Positions 9,680 through 19,139 of a stretch of DNA of 64,000 nt are shown one piece after another (the first letter of the stretch is position 1; the number at the start of each line of letters is the position of its first letter). The DNA is from an uncultured delta proteobacterium. Its GTDB lineage: Bacteria; Desulfobacterota; WTBG01. The translations under genes were made by a program, and so were the position numbers. The stretch lies in contig CAWCBP010000001.1 in NCBI GenBank assembly GCA_963793865.1, positions 992,001 through 1,056,000 on the forward strand, given 5' to 3'. Under the pieces are notes generated by a model. The model did no database searches and was not told where the DNA came from. It was given only the letters and a program-made list of their open reading frames with translations.

Positions 9680-10656
9680 CAGCCTATATCATCAGGCGTT
9701 GCCTCTATGCCATCCCCATAATTGTAGGGGTAAACCTGATCATATTTTTTCTCTTTTTTTACGTGAATTCCCCGGACGACATGGCCCGCAAAATACTGGG
9801 AGAAAAAAATATCAGCCGGGAGGCCGTCGAACAATGGAAAAAACAGCACAACTATCATCTTCCCCTTATCTTCAACCGCGGGGAAAAGGGGATGGCGCGC
9901 GTTTCTCAAACCATCTTTTACCAGAAATCCGTCGGCCTGCTCTGGTTTGATTTTGGAACCAGTGACCGCAACAATATTAACATCGGCTACCAGATCAGCC
10001 GCCGCATAAAGCCGAGCCTGATCATTGCGCTGCCCACCTTCATACTCGGGGTGCTTACCGAAATCATTCTGGCCATGCTGCTTGCCTATTTCAGGCAAAC
10101 CTATCTTGATTACCTGGGTGTCATCCTCTGCGTGGTCATGATGTCCATTTCATCGCTCTTTTACATTATCGGGGGACAGTATTTATTTGGAAAAATTTTA
10201 AAGCTTTTTCCCATATCCGGCTATGACACCGGCCTGCTGGCCCTCAAATTTACCGCCCTTCCGGTCCTGATCGGGATCGTTGCCGAGCTGGGAGGGGCCA
10301 TACGCTTTAACCGCACCATATTTCTCGAGGAAATCAACAAGGATTACATCCGCACCGCCCGATCCAAGGGGTTGCCCGAGGAGCAGGTGCTTTTCAAACA
10401 CTGCCTCAAGAATGGGCTTATACCCATACTTACCACGGTGGTAATGACCATACCCTTCCTTTTCATGGGCAGCCTGCTGATGGAGTCGTTTTTTGCCATA
10501 CCCGGGCTCGGCTCATTTACCATTGATGCCATTCAATCACAGGATTTTGCCATTGTCCGTTCCATGGTGTACCTTGGTTCGATCCTTTACATATGCGGTC
10601 TCATACTGACCGATATCAGCTACACGCTGGTCGATCCGCGCATCCGTTTTGAATAG
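9676..10656 (+). CDS. Peptide ABC transporter permease (OppB/DppB-like)
   Basis: YIIRR N-terminus, EAA loop DYIRTARSKGL, ends DPRIRF; ATGA overlap with upstream gene. Confidence 0.93.
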   Translation: MTAYIIRRCLYAIPIIVGVNLIIFFLFFYVNSPDDMARKILGEKNISREAVEQWKKQHNYHLPLIFNRGEKGMARVSQTIFYQKSVGLLWFDFGTSDRNNINIGYQISRRIKPSLIIALPTFILGVLTEIILAMLLAYFRQTYLDYLGVILCVVMMSISSLFYIIGGQYLFGKILKLFPISGYDTGLLALKFTALPVLIGIVAELGGAIRFNRTIFLEEINKDYIRTARSKGLPEEQVLFKHCLKNGLIPILTTVVMTIPFLFMGSLLMESFFAIPGLGSFTIDAIQSQDFAIVRSMVYLGSILYICGLILTDISYTLVDPRIRFE

Positions 10657-10662
10657 GCACCG

Positions 10663-12012
10663 ATGATACGCATCCTTCCCACTGACGCGTTTGTATTCCT
10701 GCTGGTTCTCGCCGGCGCCCTCTTTGTTTATTACGCCCGCCGCAAGGAGTACTGGCGCAATGCCTGGAGCCAGGTGCGGAAAAACGGGGTGGCTTATTTT
10801 TCGCTCATGGTGCTTTCCTTTTACGGCTGCATTGCACTGCTCGACACCATTCATTATGAAGACAGGCAATCCGGCGTCACCTTGAGCGCTCTTGATTGGA
10901 TAGCCGCACCCTTACGACTGCAGGTTGAAAAAACCTACTCCGCGCCCTTTGCCAGATACCAGTATACCAAAGAGTTTCAGCAAACCGGCTCGGGGGAAAT
11001 GATTCGTGCGTATCCCCGGCTCCTTTACGGCGGCGCTCATCTGGGAGAGGATGAATCCGTCTTTATGGATCTTGCACGGCGCTTCCTCATAACCCTGGCT
11101 GAGGGATCGGTCATCGGATTCCTGCTCGCCTGTATCATGCTGTGCGGCAGAAGTCTGCTGGCCGGGATTTTCTCGCCCGCATCCTGCCGCTCGCGCTTCG
11201 AGATGCCTTCCCGGAAGGCATTCATGGCCACACTGTTCATCTGCGCCGCTGCTTCCCTCGTGATTGCCTTTATTATCAATTTTGCGCCCCATTATCACCT
11301 GCTGGGAACGGACAAGGTCGGCGGCGATGTTTTCTATCGCTCACTCAAGAGCATCAGAACCGGTTTGGTGATCGGGAGCGTAACCACCCTGATCGTGATC
11401 CCCTTTGCCGTTTTCTTCGGCGTCGTGGCGGGATATTACGGCGGAATTATCGATGACTGCATCCAGTATATTTATTCCATTTTTGCATCCATCCCCAGCG
11501 TGCTTTTGATCGTGAGCTTCATGCTCTTGATGGAAGTCGGTGAAACGGTGGGAGACATGGTCTGGAAGGCGGACCGCCGCCTGCTGTCGCTCTGCGTGAT
11601 TATGGGAATAACCACCTGGACCGGCCTGTGCCGGCTCATCCGCGGCGAAACGCTGAAGCTTCGGGAGCTGGACTACGTGCAGGCGGCTCTTTCCTTCGGC
11701 CTCTCACGTCCGCGCATCATCATTAAACACATTGTTCCCAACCTGATGCATATTGTGCTCATCTCCTTTGTGCTCCGGTTTTCCGGTCTGGTTCTGGCCG
11801 AGGCCGTTCTGGCCTATATAGGCATCGGCGTTGATCCGTCCATGGAAAGCTGGGGTAACATGATCAATACCTCCCGCCTCGAGCTTGCGCGCGAGCCGGT
11901 GGTCTGGTGGAATCTTATATCCGCCCTCATTTTTATGTTCGGCCTGGTTCTCCCCGCCAATCTTTTTGGCGATGCCCTGCGCGATGCGCTTGACCCCAGG
12001 CTCAAAACATAG
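10663..12012 (+). CDS. Peptide ABC transporter permease (OppC/DppC-like)
   Basis: HLLGTDKVGGDV, DYVQAALSFG, GDALRDALDP. Confidence 0.93.
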   Translation: MIRILPTDAFVFLLVLAGALFVYYARRKEYWRNAWSQVRKNGVAYFSLMVLSFYGCIALLDTIHYEDRQSGVTLSALDWIAAPLRLQVEKTYSAPFARYQYTKEFQQTGSGEMIRAYPRLLYGGAHLGEDESVFMDLARRFLITLAEGSVIGFLLACIMLCGRSLLAGIFSPASCRSRFEMPSRKAFMATLFICAAASLVIAFIINFAPHYHLLGTDKVGGDVFYRSLKSIRTGLVIGSVTTLIVIPFAVFFGVVAGYYGGIIDDCIQYIYSIFASIPSVLLIVSFMLLMEVGETVGDMVWKADRRLLSLCVIMGITTWTGLCRLIRGETLKLRELDYVQAALSFGLSRPRIIIKHIVPNLMHIVLISFVLRFSGLVLAEAVLAYIGIGVDPSMESWGNMINTSRLELAREPVVWWNLISALIFMFGLVLPANLFGDALRDALDPRLKT

Positions 12013-12031
12013 ATCATCCGCCGAGACCGGT

Positions 12032-14052
12032 ATGAACCGACAACTTCTCACTGTCTCCAATTTAAAGACCTATTTTCATACCCCGGAAGGAGTGGCAAAA
12101 GCGGTTGACGGAATATCCTTTTCCATCAACCGGGGTGAGGCATTCGCGCTGGTGGGTGAATCCGGATGCGGAAAATCGGTTACCGCGCTTTCCATAATGA
12201 GATTGCTGCAGGGGCCGGCCGCATTTTACGCCGGCGGAAGCATCAATTTCAACGGCACTGATGTAACCGCCCTCCCCGAGCACGAAATGCGCACTATTCG
12301 CGGCAACAAGATCTCCATGATTTTTCAGGAACCCATGACCAGCCTGAATCCGGTCTTTACCGTAGGCAATCAGATAATCGAGGTCTTCCGGCTCCATCAG
12401 GGCCTGAGCAAAGCCGTGGCACAGGAAAAGGCCATTGCCATGCTCAATCGTGTCGGCATAGCCGACCCCGCCATGCGATACAACTCCTATCCTCACCAGC
12501 TGTCAGGGGGAATGCTCCAGCGGGTAATGATCGCCATTGCCCTTTCCTGCCATCCTGAGCTTCTCATCGCAGATGAGCCGACCACAGCCCTGGATGTAAC
12601 CATCCAGGATCAGATTCTCAACCTGCTTCGCGAGCTGCGAAGTGATTTTGGCATGGCCATGCTGCTCATCACCCATGATCTCGGCATCATTTATGAAAAT
12701 GCAGACCGGGTTTCTGTCATGTATGCGGGAAAAATCGTTGAAACGGCGAACACCGGACGGCTCTTCAAAGCGCCCGCTCACCCCTACACCGTGCAGCTCT
12801 TCCGCTCCCTGCCCGCGAGAGGAAAGCGCGGGGGAGCTTTGCAGACTATTCAGGGCGCCCCGCCCCGCTTCCTGTACGAGCCTAAGGGGTGCCGTTTCGC
12901 CGACCGCTGCCGCCATTCCATGCCGGTATGCCGTGAAGTCAGCCCGCGCCTTACGCAAATTGCTGATAATCACCTGGTTGCCTGTCATCTGCATGATGCC
13001 CACATTTCATCTTCTGCCATCGAAGAGAACGCACCTGAGGGCGGTCACGGTGCCGGTTTTTCATCAATTACAACCCCTGAGTCAAAAACACTGCTTTCAG
13101 TCAGCGGTCTGAGCATGCACTTCCCCGTCAAAAAAGGTATTTTTAAGAAAATTGCAGGGTATGTAAAGGCGGTTGACGGCGTGGATCTGACGGTCTCAGA
13201 CGGCATGACCATGTCACTGGTGGGCGAGTCGGGATGCGGGAAAACAACCTTCGGCAAAGCTGTGCTCAGGCTGCTGCAGCCCACCGGCGGTTCGGTTATC
13301 TTTGACGGAGTCAACCTGGCACGTCTTTCCCGGAACAGGCTTCGCCATTTCAGAAAAAACTTTCAAATTGTCTTTCAGGACCCATTTTCATCGCTTAATC
13401 CCCGGATGATGGTCAAGGATATCATCATGGAGCCCATGCTGCCGCACGGCATTGGAGGCAGCCACGGCGAAAGAATGAACATGGTCAGCGAGGCTCTGGA
13501 GTCCGTCGGCCTGGACACGGATATGCTCTACCGCTATCCCCATGAATTTTCCGGCGGGCAGCGCCAGCGCCTTGCCATAGCTCGGGTGCTGACGCTCAAG
13601 CCCAGGCTGCTGGTTTGCGATGAAGCAACCAGTGCCCTGGATGTTTCCATCCAGGCGCAAATACTCAACCTTTTTAATGAGCTCAAAAAAAAGTACGCCT
13701 TGACCTATCTTTTCATAACCCACAATTTATCGGTTGTAGAATATCTCTCCGACATGGTGGCGGTCATGTACCTGGGCCGCATTGTTGAGCGGGGCACAAC
13801 TGCCGATGTGTTTGACCGCACCAGGCACCCGTATACCAGGGCACTCCTTTCTGCGGCGCCGTCTGTTGCCGGGGAAAAGGGGAAAAAATTCATCTGGCCG
13901 GAGATGTGCCCTCCCCCCTCGCTCCGCCCCAGGGATGTCATTTTCATCCCCGATGTCCCTATCGAATGCCTCGCTGCGAAGTAACCTACCCTTCCTCTTC
14001 GTTTTTTTCGAAAACACACTCCTGCAGCTGCTATCTCTATTCCGGCTCCTGA
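12032..14052 (+). CDS. Fused OppD/OppF ABC ATPase (one frameshift near 13885)
   Basis: Two GESGCGKS/T Walker A and two L/FSGG motifs; the second C-terminal oligopeptide domain ([19 protein letters not shown]...SCYLYSGS*) continues in another frame after the A6 run 13883-13888. Confidence 0.9.
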
Positions 14053-14056
14053 GGCA

Positions 14057-14088
14057 GAAAAAGCCCCGGCATGAAAAAGACCGGGGCT
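14057..14088 (-). terminator. Rho-independent terminator for the mla/YkgJ transcript
   Basis: AGCCCCGG-N11-CCGGGGCT stem followed by a T tract on the minus strand, between convergent genes. Confidence 0.6.
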
Positions 14089-14121
14089 GGCATGTACCGT
14101 ATAATAAAGGCACCACAAAAA

Positions 14122-14391
14122 TCAGTCGAAATAATAACCGCATTCGCCGCCTATATCCTGTAAATCCTTACGGTCGAGCGGAAAGGTTTTACAGTGCCTG
14201 AACCTCCCTTTGTGGTATATCGTGCATCTGCTCTCCCGGTTCAGGAATGGACATCGGAATACCAGGGAACAGCACTTTCCGCATTGCATGCAGTTTCCCT
14301 TTCTCACATCCAACTGCCTGGTTACGTATCCTGTTTTCACGTAATTAAAGAAAATTCTTCGTATCTCACCCTTCAGATTCCGTAATCTCAT
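14122..14391 (-). CDS. Small Cys-cluster protein (YkgJ / CxxCxxCC family-like)
   Basis: CMQCGKCC...CPFL...CTIY...C..FP pattern in 89 aa. Confidence 0.7.
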   Translation of the reverse strand: MRLRNLKGEIRRIFFNYVKTGYVTRQLDVRKGNCMQCGKCCSLVFRCPFLNRESRCTIYHKGRFRHCKTFPLDRKDLQDIGGECGYYFD

Positions 14392-14460
14392 GTTGGTTCC
14401 TGTGGTTCTAATCAGTTGCAGGTTGGTTTTGTGATTTATTCAAGCATTAACCTATGCATC

Positions 14461-15075
14461 TTATGACGCGACGGGTTCAATCTTCTGCTTTTCCTTTAAT
14501 CGTTTTAAAAGCTCACTGTATGATGACTGCCTGATAATATCGTAAAATTGCGCCCGGTAATTTTTGATCGAGCTCACGCCCTCGATAATCAGATCGTATA
14601 CCAGCCATTTATTATCCTTTTTCATAAGCCGGGCGCCTATCACAATACTTTTTTCAGCTTTGTTCACTATGCGGGATTCCACCTGCGCCCGCTCTCCTTG
14701 AATGATTTCTTTATCAAAAATTACGCTTTCTCCGGAATAGTTGTCTATGATTTTTGTAAGATATGAATCGAGCAGCAGGTCTTTGAGCAATCGGGTAAAC
14801 TCCCTCTTTTCCTCTGCAGTTCTCTCCTTCCAATACAGCCCCAGCGAACGCTCAGCTATTTCCTCCCAGTCAAACCCGTCCTGAGAGACCTCAGTGAGCT
14901 TCGACAGCAAGGCATCCCTTCCCAGGCTCTCACGCAGCGCCTTATCATCAAGGACGCCGGTAATCCTGTCGACGGTGCATTTGAGTTCTTCAAGAGGAGT
15001 GCCCGCCCCGGCGCTCAATGGCACAGCTCCGAGGCACGTCAACAGAAGCAGGATAGCAGGCAAACAGCGTCTCAT
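14461..15075 (-). CDS. mlaC: MlaC/Ttg2D phospholipid-binding protein
   Basis: Signal peptide from ATG 15075; SLGLYW, WLVYDLIIEGVSSIKNYRAQF. Confidence 0.9.
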   Translation of the reverse strand: MRRCLPAILLLLTCLGAVPLSAGAGTPLEELKCTVDRITGVLDDKALRESLGRDALLSKLTEVSQDGFDWEEIAERSLGLYWKERTAEEKREFTRLLKDLLLDSYLTKIIDNYSGESVIFDKEIIQGERAQVESRIVNKAEKSIVIGARLMKKDNKWLVYDLIIEGVSSIKNYRAQFYDIIRQSSYSELLKRLKEKQKIEPVAS

Positions 15076-15160
15076 TTTTTCTCTGCGAACGTATTGGCAA
15101 CATGCCGGTTTCATAATCTTATACCCCTTTCTATAAATTCTGTCCACTTTTGTTGCAAGA

Positions 15161-15604
15161 TTACACCTTGCCGAATATAAACTTTGAGATCAGAGACTCC
15201 AGATCAATCGGGGGTTCAGTGTCATAAATAACCCCGCCCGCGCCTATCATTTCATCCGCTCCACCCGGTGTTATATCCACGAACTTTTCCCCCAGCAACC
15301 CCTTGGTCTTGATCGATGCCATTGAATCATCCTGCAGTTTCACTTCAGCATTAATATCCATCACCACCCGTGCCTGATAATCGTCATTAAGGGTGAGGCT
15401 TTTTATCCTTCCCACTTCAACGCCCGCTATTTCAACCACCGCCCCAATCTTCAGGCCGCCCGCGCTGGAGAAGACTGCCGCTATCTGGTAACCTCCGCCT
15501 CCAACCCATTCCATCTTGCCTAATTTTACTGAAATAAAGCCGAGGGCAACAATGCCCACCAGGAGGAACAACCCTACCACCAGTTCCAGATCCATTTTTT
15601 TCAT
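15161..15604 (-). CDS. mlaD: MlaD (MCE domain) protein
   Basis: GGLKIGAVVEIAGVEVGRI, IKTKGLLGEKFVDITPGG. Confidence 0.95.
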   Translation of the reverse strand: MKKMDLELVVGLFLLVGIVALGFISVKLGKMEWVGGGGYQIAAVFSSAGGLKIGAVVEIAGVEVGRIKSLTLNDDYQARVVMDINAEVKLQDDSMASIKTKGLLGEKFVDITPGGADEMIGAGGVIYDTEPPIDLESLISKFIFGKV

Positions 15605-16371
15605 GCGAGCACCTCTTGGTCACTGTTTGTGCCCGTGCTTCCGCCATCAACCCCTCCGGAAAGAAAATGCCTGAGCACGGGATTATCGCTTGTCTGAATT
15701 TCATCGGGAGTCCCTGCGGCTACTATTGTGCCGTCTATCAGCAGTGCAACCCGCTGCACGATGCTGAATATTTTGGGAATTTCGTGGGTTACGATCACGC
15801 CGGTAAACCCCAGGTGCGCGTGGGTTGACCTTATGTACTGGAACACGTTATTAACAATGATGGGGTCAAGACCGGTGGTCGGCTCATCGAAAAGCATTAT
15901 CTCCGGATTGGTTGTGAGCGAGCGGGCAAGCGCGGCCCGCTTTTTCATGCCCCCGCTTAATTCAGCCGGGAATTTATCCCCTTCATCGCGCATGCCCACA
16001 TGACCCAGCATTTCATTAACCCGGCTCCGTATTTCCTTCTCCTTCATCCGCGTTTTCTCGCGCAGCGGAAAAGAAACATTTTCGTACACGGTCATGGAAT
16101 CAAACAGCGCGCCTCCCTGAAACAAAAAACCCAGACGGCGACGGTAGGTTTCAAGCTGTTTACCCCGAAGGCCGGGAACGGTTATGCCGTCTACCAGTAT
16201 GCTACCCCTGTCAGGCAGCATCAGCGCGGCAATGTGCTTGAGCAGCACGCTTTTCCCCGCCCCGCTGCCCCCTATGACCGCAAGAATTTCACCCTTTTTA
16301 ACCTGAAGGGTGACACCCCTGAGCACCTCACGGCCGTTAAACGATTTATGAAGGTTTTCAATCTCTATCAT
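15601..16371 (-). CDS. mlaF: MlaF ABC ATPase
   Basis: GGSGAGKS, FQGGALFDS, LSGGMKKRAALAR, DEPTTGLDP. Confidence 0.93.
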   Translation of the reverse strand: MIEIENLHKSFNGREVLRGVTLQVKKGEILAVIGGSGAGKSVLLKHIAALMLPDRGSILVDGITVPGLRGKQLETYRRRLGFLFQGGALFDSMTVYENVSFPLREKTRMKEKEIRSRVNEMLGHVGMRDEGDKFPAELSGGMKKRAALARSLTTNPEIMLFDEPTTGLDPIIVNNVFQYIRSTHAHLGFTGVIVTHEIPKIFSIVQRVALLIDGTIVAAGTPDEIQTSDNPVLRHFLSGGVDGGSTGTNSDQEVLA

Positions 16372-16380
16372 ATTGAACGG

Positions 16381-17175
16381 CTAGAAAAAAAATGAGGCCA
16401 TGAAATAATCCCACACCAGTATCAGCACGGAGGAAACCACCACCGCCTCGGTTGTCGCCTTGCTGACGCCCTCCGCTCCATATCCTGCATGATAGCCCTT
16501 GTAGCAGGAAATCCAGTTCACGATGAGGCCGAAGCACACCGCCTTATACATTCCCACGGTAATATCATTCATGGTTACCATGTTTTCAATTTCTCCGAAA
16601 TAGCTTCCTTCGCTTAAGCCCAGCAGTTTGACACCCACCAGATAACCGCCATATATGCCGATCAAATCGAAAAAGGCTGTCAGAATGGGAAAGGCGATCA
16701 TGCCCGCTACCATGTTGGGCACCACAAGATACCGGATGGGATTGAGCGCCATCATTTCAATGGCATCAATCTGCTCCGTTATCCTCATGATGCCGATTTC
16801 CGCCGCGATGGCGGATCCCGCGCGGGCATTTATCATGAGCGCAGAAAGCACCGGTCCGAGTTCCCGAATCAGGCTCAGTGCCACTATTGGTCCCAGCAAC
16901 GAGGCCGCGGCAAATTTATTCAGCGAGTAGTAACCCTGGATGGCCAGCACCATTCCGGTAAAAACACCCGTTAACAGGACAATGAATGTCGAGTTGACGC
17001 CGGTAAATCGCAGCTGCTTGATGATGCGATTGATCTTGTAGGGCGGCACAAATATGAGCGCCATGGCGGTCACAAGAAATATCCCCGACCTCCCCAGCCC
17101 TCGCATCAGGTCAAGCGAATACCCACCCAATTGTCTGATTGGCAGCACAATGGCATCAATCATAAAAACTCTCAT
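16381..17175 (-). CDS. mlaE: MlaE ABC permease
   Basis: RELGPVL...AGSAIAAEIGIMRITEQIDA, GAEGVSKATT. Confidence 0.95.
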   Translation of the reverse strand: MRVFMIDAIVLPIRQLGGYSLDLMRGLGRSGIFLVTAMALIFVPPYKINRIIKQLRFTGVNSTFIVLLTGVFTGMVLAIQGYYSLNKFAAASLLGPIVALSLIRELGPVLSALMINARAGSAIAAEIGIMRITEQIDAIEMMALNPIRYLVVPNMVAGMIAFPILTAFFDLIGIYGGYLVGVKLLGLSEGSYFGEIENMVTMNDITVGMYKAVCFGLIVNWISCYKGYHAGYGAEGVSKATTEAVVVSSVLILVWDYFMASFFF

Positions 17176-17233
17176 CCATCAGCCGGTGCGGCAAGACAGT
17201 GCATGAAACCATACAGATAAAATATTTGAGAGG

Positions 17234-17262
17234 AGTATAGCGAAATTGGCAAAGCAGGTCAA
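17234..17262 (-). promoter_or_regulatory. Sigma70 promoter for mlaEFDC
   Basis: TTGACC-N17-TATACT on the minus strand. Confidence 0.6.
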
Positions 17263-17349
17263 GGAATTGTGTTGGTTTAACGAAGCACCTCATGTACAAT
17301 TCATTGCCATGAAAGGGCCGCGGCCGGACCGGTAAACATGAGATAGTGC

Positions 17350-17378
17350 TTGACTCTTGATGCTGAATCAATTATGGT
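17350..17378 (+). promoter_or_regulatory. Sigma70 promoter for the tRNA pair
   Basis: TTGACT-N17-TATGGT followed by GC-rich discriminator GCGCC just before tRNA-Gln. Confidence 0.55.
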
Positions 17379-17387
17379 ATGCGCCAC

Positions 17388-17461
17388 TGGGGGATCGTCC
17401 AGCGGCAGGACATAAGACTCTGGATCTTACTACGGGGGTTCGAATCCTCCTCCCCCAGCCA
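17388..17461 (+). tRNA. tRNA-Gln(CTG)
   Basis: Acceptor (T)GGGGGA/TCCCCC(A), anticodon arm TAAGA-ctCTGga-TCTTA, GGTTCGAATCC T-loop, encoded CCA. Confidence 0.95.
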
Positions 17462-17475
17462 CATGCAGTGAAAAC

Positions 17476-17554
17476 GGGGTAATCGGAGTCATTGTTTTAC
17501 TGGAGGGATGGAAATTATATCTCCAGTACTCCATCACTCCATACATCATTACTC
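17476..17554. repeat. Imperfect inverted repeat with about 8-bp periodic ACTCCA units between the tRNAs
   Basis: TACTGGAG (17498-17505) pairs with CTCCAGTA (17521-17528); periodic CCAGTACT-CCATCACT-CCATACAT-CATTACTC. Confidence 0.5.
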
Positions 17555-17563
17555 TTGCCTTTT

Positions 17564-17639
17564 GGTCCCATCGTCTAGCGGCCTAGGACATCGGCCTCTC
17601 ACGTCGAAAACACGGGTTCGATTCCCGTTGGGACCACCA
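17564..17639 (+). tRNA. tRNA-Glu(CTC)
   Basis: GGTCCCA...TGGGACC acceptor, anticodon arm TCGGC-ctCTCac-GTCGA, GGTTCGATTCC T-loop, encoded CCA. Confidence 0.96.
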
Positions 17640-17647
17640 GTACATTC

Positions 17648-17675
17648 AAGGGGTTATGATTCGTCATAACCCCTT
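17648..17675. terminator. Hairpin terminator after tRNA-Glu (possibly bidirectional)
   Basis: Perfect 12-bp stem AAGGGGTTATGA-TTCG-TCATAACCCCTT. Confidence 0.75.
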
Positions 17676-17757
17676 ATAACTTAATGGTGGTTCAAGGCAC
17701 ACACATGACGGGAAGAAAAATATTTTTTGTTGTCCTGATTAGTACCACTCAAGGGCA

Positions 17758-18903
17758 TTACTTCCCCCCATACGGCCTATAGTAGATCAGTTTTTGTCCC
17801 AGGTAAATCACCTCCGAACCGGCACTAACATTCCACTGTAAAAGCTTTTCAAGCGGGATATCAAGCTTTGCTGCTATGGCGGAAAGGGTATCCCCTTTTC
17901 TTACTATGTAGATTGTCCTCATTCCCTTATCAGCTTCAGCAAGTGCCGCTGACAGTCTCTGCTTAAACCCCTCAACAGCGCTGCCGGGTATAAACAGCCT
18001 GTGATTGCCCTTGGGGAGATAATAGCCCCGCAAATCAGGATTGAGCTCCTTTATGGTTCTGTAATTTGTTTTCGCAGCCTCCGCGATGATGCGCATGTGT
18101 AACATTCCCGGCAGGGTTATTTCAACCTCCTCTGCATCACCGGGCATATATAACTCGCTCTCCTCCAGCACAAATCCGTACTGCGCCGGGTTGGAAAGAA
18201 TTATTTTTATAGCCATAATTCTAAAGAGATATTCCTCAGTTTCCTTTGGAAGAGAAAGATCGACATACTGTTCAGTGTTTTGTTCTTCAATTTCCCGTGC
18301 CAGCCTCTCTTCACCGCAATTATAAGCCGCTGCTGCAAGCATCCATTGCCCGAATTGTTCATGAAGCACGCTGAGATAATTGAGTGCCGCGGCGGTCGAT
18401 TTCACAAAGCTGTAGCGCTGATCGGTCCATTCTTCCCGTGCCAGGCCGAACCGTGTGCCGGTCTGTTTCATGAACTGCCATGTACCCGCTGCGCCGCTGG
18501 GAGATAGCGCGTATTTGTTGAGGTCACTTTCCGCAACCGCCAGGTATTTGAGATCATCGGGCAAACCCTGTTTTTTAATCTCCTCTTCAATATAGGGAAA
18601 GTACTGCCTGCTTCTCTTGATCCAAAGGATTACCTGTGCCTCTCTGTTGAGCGCAAGCAGGAATTGCTTATCAAGGCGCTCCCATACCTCCCTTCTTTCC
18701 AAAGGAACCGGTTCTCCGCAGAAGTCAAGACTGCCCGGTGTTTTAAATTGCAGCAGCGGCTGCTGGAACACATTTTGAATTTCCGGAATTGGCGGTTCAG
18801 ATACCACTTCGGCAGAGGCCCCGCAGCCTGCAACATAAAAAACAATAGATACAATGGCAGCACACCGTATCGCATTTCTCTTTTTTCCTCTGCTTTTCAT
18901 CAT
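17758..18903 (-). CDS. Lytic murein transglycosylase (MltD-like SLT domain + LysM), lipoprotein
   Basis: Lipobox VAGC, AVAES, GAAGTWQFM, AAAAYNCGE, LPKETEEY; LysM YIVRKGDTLSAIA. Confidence 0.92.
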   Translation of the reverse strand: MMKSRGKKRNAIRCAAIVSIVFYVAGCGASAEVVSEPPIPEIQNVFQQPLLQFKTPGSLDFCGEPVPLERREVWERLDKQFLLALNREAQVILWIKRSRQYFPYIEEEIKKQGLPDDLKYLAVAESDLNKYALSPSGAAGTWQFMKQTGTRFGLAREEWTDQRYSFVKSTAAALNYLSVLHEQFGQWMLAAAAYNCGEERLAREIEEQNTEQYVDLSLPKETEEYLFRIMAIKIILSNPAQYGFVLEESELYMPGDAEEVEITLPGMLHMRIIAEAAKTNYRTIKELNPDLRGYYLPKGNHRLFIPGSAVEGFKQRLSAALAEADKGMRTIYIVRKGDTLSAIAAKLDIPLEKLLQWNVSAGSEVIYLGQKLIYYRPYGGK

Positions 18904-19139
18904 TGCTCCTTCTTCGTGTTTCTCACCAGATGAAAGATCACGTTATTATCAGTTTTTCAAGCTGTCCTATAACACATAACCTGTACTTCGGCAAAACATA
19001 TGATGTTGAACGTGCCATGTATGATTGTTATTGCATCATCGTATGATTAAATCCTGACCCCTTTTATCATTGTTTCCGAAACAGTAATGTAGTATTAGAC
19101 ATGCGTTGATAAATGCGGAATCATTTTCGGAGGAACGAC

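Noticed and set aside
11885..12031. N-terminal extension of the ABC ATPase ORF
   Set aside because: Overlaps the oppC-like gene; the ATPase-like sequence starts at ATG 12032.
17388..17760. Prophage or integrative element at the tRNA genes
   Set aside because: No integrase and no duplicated tRNA 3' end were seen in the window.
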